DNA of 18,824 nucleotides, taken from NCBI GenBank assembly GCA_963663405.2, contig CAXXSM010000020.1, positions 1-18,824 of the forward strand. Direction: 5' to 3'. Below the pieces are notes generated by a model. The model searched no databases and was not told the origin of the DNA. It was given only the letters and a program-made list of their open reading frames with translations. Below are positions 9,681 to 18,823 of the stretch, one piece after another (within the stretch, counting starts at the first letter, position 1; each line of letters begins with the position of its first letter). Made by a program: the position numbers and the translations under genes. The stretch comes from a bacterium (GTDB lineage Bacteria; Hinthialibacterota; Hinthialibacteria; Hinthialibacterales; Hinthialibacteraceae).

Positions 9681-9852
9681 AAAAAAAGGCGATGCGCCAT
9701 GCAGTTGAAGGGATGTCCTGAACACGCCGCAAAATGAAATGAAAATTCCAGTTTATATTTAAGTACATTCATCATAGATGGTTCAAGAGGAGGCAAAAAA
9801 AGTGGCGCGATAGTTAATCGGCTCTATAATCGTTGCGAACCATCAAGTGACT

Positions 9853-10389
9853 CGTGTGACTGCGCAACGCGCAAAAGACTCGCCGGATGGGGCCCCGTTT
9901 TGGTGGATTATTCGAGGCATGGAAAATCTGTCTGTGACGCTGGCGGGAGCGCCTCTTCCAGAAACCGCCCGACACCATCTCTATAAACGAGAAAACTACG
10001 TTACTAAACCATTTGAAGAATTTTCGCTCTGTGACGTTACTGGACCGGGCGCGCTATACTTGGTGACAATCGCTGGCGAGGGGCTTTATAAATCCGGTGA
10101 CTGGAAAGACATTAGTTACCTCGAAGCGATCATGCGAGCCTACCTTAATGGTGAGCAGACACCGACCTTGCTTTCTTCCGGACTGGAGGATTATTTCCTG
10201 GGCACTTATTACTTCAACCGGGGCTGTTACGCCAATGCGTTAGCGGGTCTGACTCATTTCGACAAGGAATAAAACACATTCTCTGCTTACCGCTTTCACG
10301 ATGAGGATCTCGTATTCTTTCAAAAAGATTTGAGGCTTACTTGTCGTTGCGGTGAAGAATTGAACGGCAAGAAACTCCACGATCCGTAG
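9853..10389 (+). pseudogene. DUF2961-domain protein fragment (5'-truncated, internal stop)
   Basis: LLSSGLEDYFLGTYYF and, past TAA 10270-10272 in the same frame, NTFSAYRFHDEDLVFFQKDLRLTCRCGE, matching the DUF2961 motifs (G.EDYF; SAYRFH..DP..F...LR). No N-terminus or RBS; TAG at 10387-10389. Confidence 0.75.
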
Positions 10390-10625
10390 GCGGGTAGGGA
10401 TCGGATCTAAACATTGCTATATTTTTGGGACCGACATGAAATGTAAACGGCGAACCAAAAGTGAGGTCTATAAAATCCGACATCTGGAAGAAACCATCCA
10501 AGAGAGAATTAATTGGGTAACATTTATAGATAATATGGATTTGGTTTATTGCACCCGTATAATGAATTATGATCAACTCGTTTTCGCTGGCAGGTTTCCA
10601 TAATCCAAGACAGAGAGAGACAACC

Positions 10626-12611
10626 ATGACGTTCATGATTACATTAATTCTTTTATTAACGATGGGATCGATTGCGGCAGCCGAACCTGCGGTGTTCAAG
10701 TCATGGGAGTTTAATAGGTGGAACGATCCGCAGGGCTGGAATGTGCCTCCAGCGTTTGGAGGATCCGTTACCGGAGAGGGGATTTGGCTTCATATCCAAA
10801 TGATGCCGGAACATATTCAGGAACTTTCGTGGCGTCAACTCATTTGGTTGCCGCATCCTCCATTGTCTTTAATCTCACCCTCAGGTCTTAGTATAGATAC
10901 AACTTGCGCCTCAAAGGTTCGGTTGCGTGTCTTGAACCAATCTCCTGAAACGGATGGCTTGTTGATTTGGCGTACGGCTACTGCGCCGGACACGAATGCG
11001 GGAACCGTGCGTTTCACAATGCATCCGATGTGTAACAGGTGGCAGGATGTGGTGGTTGACCTGGAGAACCAGTGGTCGGGTATTGTGGATCAGATACATA
11101 TATTGCCGGCGCTGATTGGCTCTTCGGGTGACATGTGGATCTCGCGGATTGCAGTGACTGGCGGGATTCCTGCCTCGAAAAAGGCGCGTCCGGACGTGGC
11201 TAGCGCAGCTGTCGTTCCCAGGATTACGTTGCCGTCTATTGACCAGCCGGCATTTGCCGATGCGTTCAAAGTACTTGACGAGTGCCTAATTAACAATGTA
11301 CCTGTCCACGGTTTTACCGAGCCGGTCATGGGACCAGGTGGGGCCTATGGAGAGAACTGGTGGCAGCTGGATTCATCGTTGGCGTGCGATGGGGCAAAGT
11401 GGGCCAACCAGTCTTTCGCGGAAGGAGCGCTTAGGGGATTCGCTTCAGTGCAGTCGCAAAATCCGGATGGCAGAATCGATCTGTGGGGTGGTTCGCCAAG
11501 CCGGGGGATGCCTGCCTTGGCGAGTAGCATCCCACGGCTATTCGAGGTAGGTTATCGTATAGCGCGGCGCAGCAGCGATGATGGAGTAAGACGATTGGCG
11601 TATGAGATTCTCAGCAAGTATCTCGATTGGTGGCTTTCTCCGGTCAAACAGGATACACAAACAGGTCTGATAACCTGTATTTTTGAAGAGACATTCTGTG
11701 AGCCTGTAGATTCTCCGCAGACGATGGCTCCAGTCGATCTGCAGGTGGCTGTTGCGATTGGATGCGCCTATGTGTCTGAACTTGCGGAATGGGTAGGCGA
11801 GGCCAAAGCGGCGGCTCGATACCGGAAGGCCTTTGAAGATCTGAAGAATGCCATCAATAAGTATTGTTGGGATGAGGAAGACGGAGCGTACTACAACTTT
11901 AATGTAAAGACGTTAACGCGCAGCAAACGTCTGATCGTATCGACGTTTGATCCATTGCGGCTTGGTATTGCGCCAGATGAACGTATTCCACGGCTTTTGG
12001 AGAAGCTAACCGATCCTGCGCTTTTCAATTGGGGTATCCGGCCACTAACGAGTCTTGCAAAGACGGAACAGGACTATGTGGAGGCTGAAGGTCCCTATGA
12101 CGGCCGGGCATGGTTTGGCGACATTTGGACGATGCGCAATGTGCCTGTAATTTTTGGTTTGCGAGACTGCGGACAGGACGAACTCGCGGCGCAACTGGCG
12201 TGGGACACCGTAAGAACTTTTAATGCAAATTATGCTGAATATGTGACACCATCCAAAGGGAAGGGAGAGGGTGTCAGGAGGTACGGTTGGTCGGCTTCTC
12301 AGTACATTCAGACTGTGGTTGAGCATGTTTTTGGCATTGACTATGACGCGGTGAAAAAGCGCCTGAGCATTGTACCGCTTCTGGTCCCCGATCTTCGTAT
12401 GTGTCGTATTGCGATTGAGGGATTGCAGTTGCCGACACCAGAAAACTCGCGGCTATCGGTCGTGATTGCTCCACAGGAAAATGGTGAAACCGAAGTTGAT
12501 GTGGCGGTGGAATCTGTACCCCTTGGAGTTTCTTTAGTCATTCGGCTTGACGGTGTAGTACATGAGATGCCGCTTGGTTCTGATCAAAGGATTGTTATTA
12601 AACAGAGGTAA
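10626..12611 (+). CDS. Secreted (alpha/alpha)6-barrel glycoside hydrolase, GH63/MGH1/trehalase-like, with N-terminal beta-sandwich
   Basis: Signal peptide MTFMITLILLLTMGSIAAA; motifs GGAYGENWWQLDS, APVDLQ, AINKYCWDEEDGAYYN, WFGDIW, YAEY, YGWSA. Confidence 0.78.
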   Translation: MTFMITLILLLTMGSIAAAEPAVFKSWEFNRWNDPQGWNVPPAFGGSVTGEGIWLHIQMMPEHIQELSWRQLIWLPHPPLSLISPSGLSIDTTCASKVRLRVLNQSPETDGLLIWRTATAPDTNAGTVRFTMHPMCNRWQDVVVDLENQWSGIVDQIHILPALIGSSGDMWISRIAVTGGIPASKKARPDVASAAVVPRITLPSIDQPAFADAFKVLDECLINNVPVHGFTEPVMGPGGAYGENWWQLDSSLACDGAKWANQSFAEGALRGFASVQSQNPDGRIDLWGGSPSRGMPALASSIPRLFEVGYRIARRSSDDGVRRLAYEILSKYLDWWLSPVKQDTQTGLITCIFEETFCEPVDSPQTMAPVDLQVAVAIGCAYVSELAEWVGEAKAAARYRKAFEDLKNAINKYCWDEEDGAYYNFNVKTLTRSKRLIVSTFDPLRLGIAPDERIPRLLEKLTDPALFNWGIRPLTSLAKTEQDYVEAEGPYDGRAWFGDIWTMRNVPVIFGLRDCGQDELAAQLAWDTVRTFNANYAEYVTPSKGKGEGVRRYGWSASQYIQTVVEHVFGIDYDAVKKRLSIVPLLVPDLRMCRIAIEGLQLPTPENSRLSVVIAPQENGETEVDVAVESVPLGVSLVIRLDGVVHEMPLGSDQRIVIKQR

Positions 12612-12815
12612 AGCCTATCGTTACATCAGCCCAATTGTGAATATTATGCTTGAATCGGGCCACATAATACCGATTGGAAAAAGAGATTTTTGCAGTTTTT
12701 TCAGATTTGGTAAAACCAATTAGAAATGTTTTATTAGATTTGTTAATTAAATATTGAAATTCACATCCTGCGAATACACTTGCCCCTGATGAATCGATAT
12801 GGCAATATGCGATTA

Positions 12816-12852
12816 AACACCGATTTTCGCGAGAACCTCAACCGTCATAATT
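12816..12852 (+). repeat. IS left terminal inverted repeat
   Basis: 16-bp and 13-bp blocks complementary to 14869-14905. Confidence 0.9.
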
Positions 12853-13100
12853 GAACTATAGTTTTTTCGCGGATTTTACTGCTTTTTCAAAGCGCAATGC
12901 GTATCAATCTTGGTACTTATATGACGGATATGTTTTCCACGATCTGAACATACTTTCTCCCATTTTTCCCGATTTCTCTTCTTCTCAGGTCAAAAATCTA
13001 TGAATTTTCGTACTTTTCTACGTTTTTTTTCTTACCCCCCTTGCATTTACATCCTATTTCGCGGTATTATAACCTTCATAATTATACTAGGTATAATATC

Positions 13101-14837
13101 ATGCGTGATGACCTGAAATCCTTCTTCCTGGCTCCGAAATCCACCAAACACCGGCAGTACGAAGCCCTGCGCGCCTACATCCTTGACGAAACGCCGGCCG
13201 CCGACGTGGCCCAACGCTTCGGATTCACCGAAAATTCGCTCTATGCCTTGGCTCACGATCTCCGCGCCGGAACGCTGGAATTTTTCCCCCAACGCTCTCC
13301 CGGACCAAAAGACCGCCGCGTGACTCCCTACATTCGCGAGCGGATTGTGGGATGGAGAAAAAATCAGTTGGCCGTGGCGGATATTACCGAACGGCTCCGT
13401 GAGGAGAATATTGATATCAGCCCCAGCACAGTCGAACGAATCTTGAAAGACGCCGGCTTCGGCAAACTGCCCCGCCGGACAGCCGCTCAGCGAGGCCGGA
13501 CGAAAAAAAATACACTTCTGGCGCAACCCGCTCAGAATCTGGATTTTGAGGATCTCGAACCCTTTCATGAAGATTGTCAAATTGCGGGACTTTTCGTGTT
13601 CCTCCCTTACATTATTGAATCGGGCCTCATGGAGACGCTCGATTCGCTTCCCATCCCCGAATCCAAAGTCATTGGTAAAAAACAAGCGTTTTTAAGTTTT
13701 CTCGCCCTGAAACTGATGGGAGGCGAACGCTTCTGTCACGTGCGGCAGTACGATCATGACGCGGGATTCGGCGTGTTCGCCGGTCTCAACCGGTTGCCCA
13801 AACCGACGTACATGGGAACGTACTCCTGCCTCGTTTCCGCCGGCCTGTGCCGTCAACTCCAGCAAGAAATGGTAACCCGCATGACGGCGTGGGACCCATC
13901 GTTTTTTTCGGGGGAAACGATCAATCTGGACTTTCATTCCATTCCTCATTTCGGCGAGAAATCCGAGATGGAGAAGGTCTGGTGTGGGGCGCGCAACAAG
14001 GCGCTGAAAGGCGCGAACACGTTTTTCGCTCAAGACGCGGAAACCAATGCTCTTTTGTATGCGAACGCGGATGTACTACGGAAAAACGGCTCGGAAGAAA
14101 TCCTGAATTTTGTGGAGTATTTGAAAGATATTCGAGGCGTGGTCCGCGAGACCCTGGTATTCGATTCCCGCTTAACCACGTACAACATTTTAGGCCAATT
14201 GGACCAGGCCAATATCAAATTCATTACGCTGCGATCCCGCTGTCAAAGCCTGATCCAGCAGACGGAAGCCTTGCCGGATTCGAGTTGGATGAAAGTTAAA
14301 CTCCCCATCCCCAAGCGGAAACACCATACTTTCCTGGCTCACGAAAGTGAGGTCACGTTGAAACCCTGCCCGAAGCCGTTCCGGCAGATCATTATGAAAG
14401 ATCATGGGCGGGATCAACCCACTTATGTCATCACCAACAACCGGGATTTGGATCTGGTTGAGGTACTCGCCATCTACGCGCGCCGGTGGCGGATTGAGAA
14501 TAAACTGGCCGAATTAGTCGATTTTTTTCACATCAACGCGCTCTCTTCACCGATCATGATCCGGATCTATTTCGATCTCTTGTTGAGTGTGGTGGCCAGT
14601 TTTTTCTACCGGCGATTGGCGTAGGATTTGCCCCGGTTTGAGAACCATTTGGCGCCGGATATTTTCCGAAATTTTATCGATATGCCAGGAAAGGTCCGTT
14701 TCGACGGGCAAAATTTTGAGGTGCGCATCCGCAAGCGGGCTCATACGCCCATCTTGCTTGGAATCAAGAAACTGCAGAAACCATTTGAAATTCCCTGGCT
14801 GGAAGGAAGGCGCATGCGGATACGATATACGCCTTGA
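13101..14837 (+). pseudogene. DDE transposase with N-terminal HTH domains, interrupted by in-frame TAG at 14622-14624
   Basis: HTH-like segments (AADVAQRFGF, ISPSTVERILKDAGF), probable catalytic residues in LDFH, FDSR and YARRWRIEN (IS4-superfamily-like signature). The same frame continues after the TAG (DLPRFENHLAPDIFRNFID...PWLEGRRMRIRYTP) to TGA 14837. Confidence 0.88.
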
Positions 14838-14868
14838 TCCCGCCTTATACCCGCCCAAATCTTGGTCT

Positions 14869-14905
14869 AATTATGACGGTTCCGCACCCCGCGAAAATCG
14901 GTGTT
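14869..14905 (-). repeat. IS right terminal inverted repeat
   Basis: AATTATGACGGTT-CCGCACCC-CGCGAAAATCGGTGTT. Confidence 0.9.
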
Positions 14906-15400
14906 CAATAGATTCTATGCTGCTTTCAAAAGATGAAAAGAGGCAGTATATCTTTCTTCGAACCGGCGTCGTTCAATAGGGAAGGGAACTGTTTTCGCGT
15001 CTCTGTTTAATGGATCTTTTTGACGTTCTGCATAAACTTCATTGAGAGTTCTTCCCCTCAAATCGATAATGTTGTACATGTCAACCCCGAATCGGACCGT
15101 CGTTGACTATTTGACAATATTAACCTTAATTGCTATGATCTGTTCCTTTATTCTACTCGTAAATATGACCTTTATTGACGCAATTCACGCAGCAATTCTG
15201 TTGATTGTGTATATCCTCATATTGTCTGCGCATTGCATCATCCTAGGGAAGTAGTGTAGATCGATTTTTATAAAGTAATGGAAGATTAGTATATTTAAAG
15301 CAGGAGTATTTTCAGTGATTTATCAATGGTCATATATATATATCCATATTATACATAATTAGTTCCTATTAAAACTATAAACTTGTTTTACTATACGCCA

Positions 15401-16774
15401 TTACTCCGATATTTCGAAAACACGAATTTCGATATCTTTATACCACGCTTCGGAAGGCGGGCCGGAATGAATTTGCAAGCCAATTAATCCTACCTGAGAT
15501 AGAGACTCATCTGGTTCTAAATAGTCAACAGTCTGGTATCCGTTGATCCACAATTGCACCCGCCGTCCGATGCAGCGGATCACATATTCATTCCAATCCA
15601 CGAGATTAAGTACCTTACCCAGTTCTTCTTTATTCGAATCCGCCAAGATCCGGTTTCGCCGGGATTCATCATATAGCGCGCCCCAATAATGCTGCCCCAT
15701 ATCCGCTTGATATCCACACATTTCATGACTGTTGGAGACTCTCCGGCTCCGGATTTGGATCCCGGCGTTCGCGTCTTTAGAGGATAACTTACATTGCAAG
15801 CGAAGTTCAAAATGACTGAATTCTCGTTCCGTGCATAGAAACTCGTTCCGTGGGATACGTTGCTTCAGATTCCCGGCGGCGATAGCGCCATTTTCAATGC
15901 GGAAATAATCCAGATTTCCATTCCATCCATCAAATGTTTTTCCATCGAATAGTACGATGGGTTCGATCGTGTCAAAATCGATATCCAGCCGTCCTAAATC
16001 CAACAAATTATGCTGCGCTCCACGTTGAATGACAGCCGGTTCCTTCTCATTGTTTAGTTCCAGGAAAATTGCAACCGCTTCTTCGATCTGGCTTTCTTTT
16101 TTTAACCATATAGCGCATTGAAGATACGCATCAGCGAGGGCCGTCTGCAGATCCGCCGGGCAGTCATCCCTATATTGAGAAAGAATATACGCGCATTTTG
16201 AAATTCCAATATTCCCCAACGCCAAGACTGCTGCTTTCGCGATGTCCAGTTCTTTTTCCAAAACCAAAGCCTCCAATGCTTCAATGGCCTTTGGATCCCG
16301 GCGTTCTCCAAGAAGATGAATAACAGCGATTTTCGCTGTTCCTTGAAGCTTCCCCAGCGCTTGGTGGAGATAGGAATTCGCATCTTGTGATGTCTGTGTT
16401 TTCAGCGCATAGCATGCCATCTCCGTGGTTTCTTCATTAAGCAGCATTACACCCAAAACAGGTAGAGAGGCGCTGGAACCGATTAAAGCCAGTTTTTTAC
16501 AGAAGAATTGTTTGGCGGCGAGTGTGGTTTTCTCTGACTTTAATGCTTTCAGAATCTGTTTTTCAACTTCCTCACGCGCTTGTGGATCGTTGAATGTTTC
16601 ATTGATGATACGCTCAAGTTCCCTCTGGCTTTTCAACGATTGACCGTATTCAAACTCTTGGATCGATTCAACAATATTTTCAATCGTTTTTTGATCCGCT
16701 CCCAGAACCAGGATCGCAGGCTGGAACAATACAAACATGCTGAATATAACAAGAAATTGTGTTATACGTTTCAT
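15401..16774 (-). CDS. Secreted HEAT-repeat + DUF1080 (3-keto-disaccharide hydrolase-like) fusion protein
   Basis: Signal peptide after ATG 16774 with AAGGAG RBS; HEAT-like repeats (KQFFCKKLALIGS, VIHLLGERRDPKAI, AVLALGNIG); DUF1080 motifs LFDGKTFDGW, NAGIQIRS, GYQADM, WNEYVIRC, IGLQIH, YKDIEI. Confidence 0.88.
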   Translation of the reverse strand: MKRITQFLVIFSMFVLFQPAILVLGADQKTIENIVESIQEFEYGQSLKSQRELERIINETFNDPQAREEVEKQILKALKSEKTTLAAKQFFCKKLALIGSSASLPVLGVMLLNEETTEMACYALKTQTSQDANSYLHQALGKLQGTAKIAVIHLLGERRDPKAIEALEALVLEKELDIAKAAVLALGNIGISKCAYILSQYRDDCPADLQTALADAYLQCAIWLKKESQIEEAVAIFLELNNEKEPAVIQRGAQHNLLDLGRLDIDFDTIEPIVLFDGKTFDGWNGNLDYFRIENGAIAAGNLKQRIPRNEFLCTEREFSHFELRLQCKLSSKDANAGIQIRSRRVSNSHEMCGYQADMGQHYWGALYDESRRNRILADSNKEELGKVLNLVDWNEYVIRCIGRRVQLWINGYQTVDYLEPDESLSQVGLIGLQIHSGPPSEAWYKDIEIRVFEISE

Positions 16775-16834
16775 GGCGCTCCTTTTCATTTCAACCGAAT
16801 TATTTCCACGAAGAGTGGCGTTGCGTGATGAAAT

Positions 16835-18124
16835 TTATAAAACCCAAGGAATTCGCATAGTACGCGAAAGTAAGTGGCTGGCCTCCTCATCATTGATAAA
16901 TCGCTCATTTTTAGAATCCCATTGGACATCCCGGCCCAACCGCAGGCAGATATTAGACACATGGGCGATCGTATGGGCGCGATGAGAGATTTCGGGATGA
17001 CAGACGGTCAAGCGGCGCGATCGCATACAATTTAGAAAATTACGGATATGCGGACTCATGATATTATAATGCATGCTCGTGGGGGATGATCGGGCGCTCA
17101 GTGATTTTGGATCGGATTTCATCTCCCCCGTTTCATCAATAATCTCAATCCATCCTTCATCGCCAATGAAACGAATCGATTTGGTACCCATTTTCGTAAT
17201 CAAACGGACGCCGTTCTCATATTCGGCTTCCATATGCCACTCGAATGGCACATTGCTGTATCCCTCATCTGGAAAAACCGCGCTCCCCGAGAATGTTATA
17301 GGAGCGGCGGTTTCACTTTGATTTGCCATTTGCGCAAGATCATACATATGAGGTCCCATATCCACAAACACACCACCACTAGTATCCCAATGGTTCCGCC
17401 AAAGAGCGACACTGACTGGTGAGTAAGGCCGCCAGGGCGCTTGTCCCAGCCAGCGGTTATAATCGAAGCCAGGTGGGATCGGTTCCGGTTTAGCATGGCC
17501 ATTCCCCCCCCAATCACCAAGGCCGGTTTCAATCCGCCGCAGTTTCCCGATCTTCTCCTGATGAACTACATCGATAATATAAAGATAATCCGGATTGGAA
17601 TGCCGCTGTGTTCCGCATTGCCACACCGTTCCGTATTTTCGGGTGATTTCCACTAATTTTCGACCTTCTCCAATAGTCAAGCAGAACGGTTTTTCTGAAT
17701 ATATATCTTTTCCCGCCTTTGCGGCCAAGGCGGAAAGAATCGCATGCCAACGATCACCAGTGGCAAGGATCACCGCATCGATGTCATCCCGTTCAAGAAT
17801 CTCTTCGTGGAAGCGGTACGCTTTACAGTCCTCGTTTTCATACCGCAGATTCACCTCGGCTTTAGCCTTTTCACGCCGCTCTTCCCAACAATCACATACG
17901 GCAACAAGCCGCGTGTCTTTTTCGTGGATAAAAGCGGGTAACAACGCGCGCATAAATCGTCCCCCAGTGCCGATCGCCGCTATGATAATGCGATCGGATG
18001 GCGCGATCGAATCTTTTCCACCCAGAGCGGAAGAAGGAATAACAGCTGGCGCAATTGAAGTAAGCGCGCTTATTTTTAAAAATGCCCGGCGATTGAACAA
18101 CCTTCTTTTTTTTGAATCGTACAC
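16835..18124 (-). CDS. Tat-exported Gfo/Idh/MocA-family NAD(P)-dependent oxidoreductase
   Basis: NRRAFLK twin-arginine signal, APSDRI, IGTGG, DIDAV, AGKDIYSEKP, QCGTQRHS, DMGPHMYD. Start is uncertain: GTG 18124 is best spaced from GAGGAGG, ATG 18130/18139/18148 are alternatives. Confidence 0.92.
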   Translation of the reverse strand: MYDSKKRRLFNRRAFLKISALTSIAPAVIPSSALGGKDSIAPSDRIIIAAIGTGGRFMRALLPAFIHEKDTRLVAVCDCWEERREKAKAEVNLRYENEDCKAYRFHEEILERDDIDAVILATGDRWHAILSALAAKAGKDIYSEKPFCLTIGEGRKLVEITRKYGTVWQCGTQRHSNPDYLYIIDVVHQEKIGKLRRIETGLGDWGGNGHAKPEPIPPGFDYNRWLGQAPWRPYSPVSVALWRNHWDTSGGVFVDMGPHMYDLAQMANQSETAAPITFSGSAVFPDEGYSNVPFEWHMEAEYENGVRLITKMGTKSIRFIGDEGWIEIIDETGEMKSDPKSLSARSSPTSMHYNIMSPHIRNFLNCMRSRRLTVCHPEISHRAHTIAHVSNICLRLGRDVQWDSKNERFINDEEASHLLSRTMRIPWVL

Positions 18125-18184
18125 CTTCATCCTCCTCATAGTATTCAAAAATATTGTATAAATTTTACAATCCGATACCTATTA

Positions 18185-18823
18185 CTATTGTGTGATGTAA
18201 CCTTCTGCTCTTCCCAGCCAATATCCAATTGTCCAATGCAGGCCGGTAAACTCCATTCCCGCATCGGGCCGTGGTATTTTCTTGGCCATATCAGTATAGG
18301 GATTATGCACAAGGAGAGACCAAGTTTTCGCCCGCCAGTCAAAGGGAATGACTTGCCCTTTTTTGGGTTTTGGAGAATGCGATTTTGGCGTGAGATCCAG
18401 ATTAAAGCGCTTACTGTAGGCGTCACGAGTATCTCGATTCCAATGGATATCAAATGTAAACAGGCTCAATTGATTCTCATTTTCTCGTAAAACGGAAGGA
18501 TCCACTTTTCCCGTTGCTTGATAATAGAGATAAGTAAAAAATGGTTTGCGAAAATGTTGTACTGTTTCCCAGGATTGTTCCAAACTTTTAAGATAGAGTT
18601 TTCGTAGAGCTGGATCTTGTTCCAATCGCAGTAATGGTTCATAGGCGATGAATATCAATACTGAATCCGAATGATTGATTTCTCCATCCAGACCGGGCGC
18701 TCCGGCCTGGACGCGGGCCGCGATTTGTGCGTATCCCTCATCCAAAGCATATCGCCGGTAGCGGGCTTCTTGTTTTGGATCGCCGGAAAGTTGGGCTGCA
18801 ATTTTCAAGTGTTGCAGCCAAAG
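18185..18823 (-). CDS. Hypothetical helical protein, C-terminal part (5' end outside the window)
   Basis: Frame open to the window edge (LWLQHLKIAAQLSGD..INHSD..FIAYEPLLRLEQDP.LR..YL.SLEQSW); tandem TAG TAA stop; co-oriented with the oxidoreductase across a short gap. Confidence 0.7.
   Translation of the reverse strand, partial: LWLQHLKIAAQLSGDPKQEARYRRYALDEGYAQIAARVQAGAPGLDGEINHSDSVLIFIAYEPLLRLEQDPALRKLYLKSLEQSWETVQHFRKPFFTYLYYQATGKVDPSVLRENENQLSLFTFDIHWNRDTRDAYSKRFNLDLTPKSHSPKPKKGQVIPFDWRAKTWSLLVHNPYTDMAKKIPRPDAGMEFTGLHWTIGYWLGRAEGYITQ

Larger units (their letters stand above)
9448..9845 (-). repeat. Degenerate tandem array of four ~104-116 bp units, each a GC hairpin followed by a T-tract on the minus strand; candidate sRNA array
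   Basis: Plus-strand units start TTCAA..AAAAA at ~9448, 9560, 9676 and 9782. Stems: CGGCGCG 9469-9475/CGCGCCG 9505-9511, GACGGCGCA 9582-9590/TGCGCCGTC 9614-9622, weaker versions at ~9688-9730 and ~9802-9843. Confidence 0.75.
12816..14905 (+). mobile_element. Insertion sequence (~2.1 kb) with terminal inverted repeats; family not confidently assigned
   Basis: Left end AACACCGATTTTCGCG-n8-AACCGTCATAATT (12816-12852) matches the reverse complement of the right end (14869-14905) exactly in both blocks. The element encloses one transposase gene that is visibly GC-richer than its flanks. Confidence 0.9.

Noticed and set aside
9448-9845. CRISPR array or integron attC array
   Set aside because: Repeats are degenerate with no identical direct repeat, no RYYYAAC/GTTRRRY termini, no cassette ORFs, and no cas or intI gene in the window.
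14622-14624. Amber readthrough or alternative genetic code
   Set aside because: A single TAG in a transposase is more simply a point mutation or error, and there is no pattern of internal TAGs in the intact genes.
13047-14979. Overlapping ORFs within the IS (13047..13685, 13847..14299, 14587..14979)
   Set aside because: Shadow frames of a GC-rich transposase gene; 14587..14979 runs across the IS end.
15042-15254. 70-aa hydrophobic ORF as a membrane protein or toxin
   Set aside because: TTG start without RBS; hydrophobicity is explained by T-rich intergenic composition.
15332-15343. (AT)n microsatellite as a phase-variation tract
   Set aside because: Short, in AT-rich DNA downstream of a gene end, with no evident promoter or ORF to modulate.
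17595-18161. 188-aa plus-strand ORF and similar antisense ORFs within the GH20, sulfatase and GH63-like genes
   Set aside because: Antisense shadows of well-supported genes with no independent motifs.
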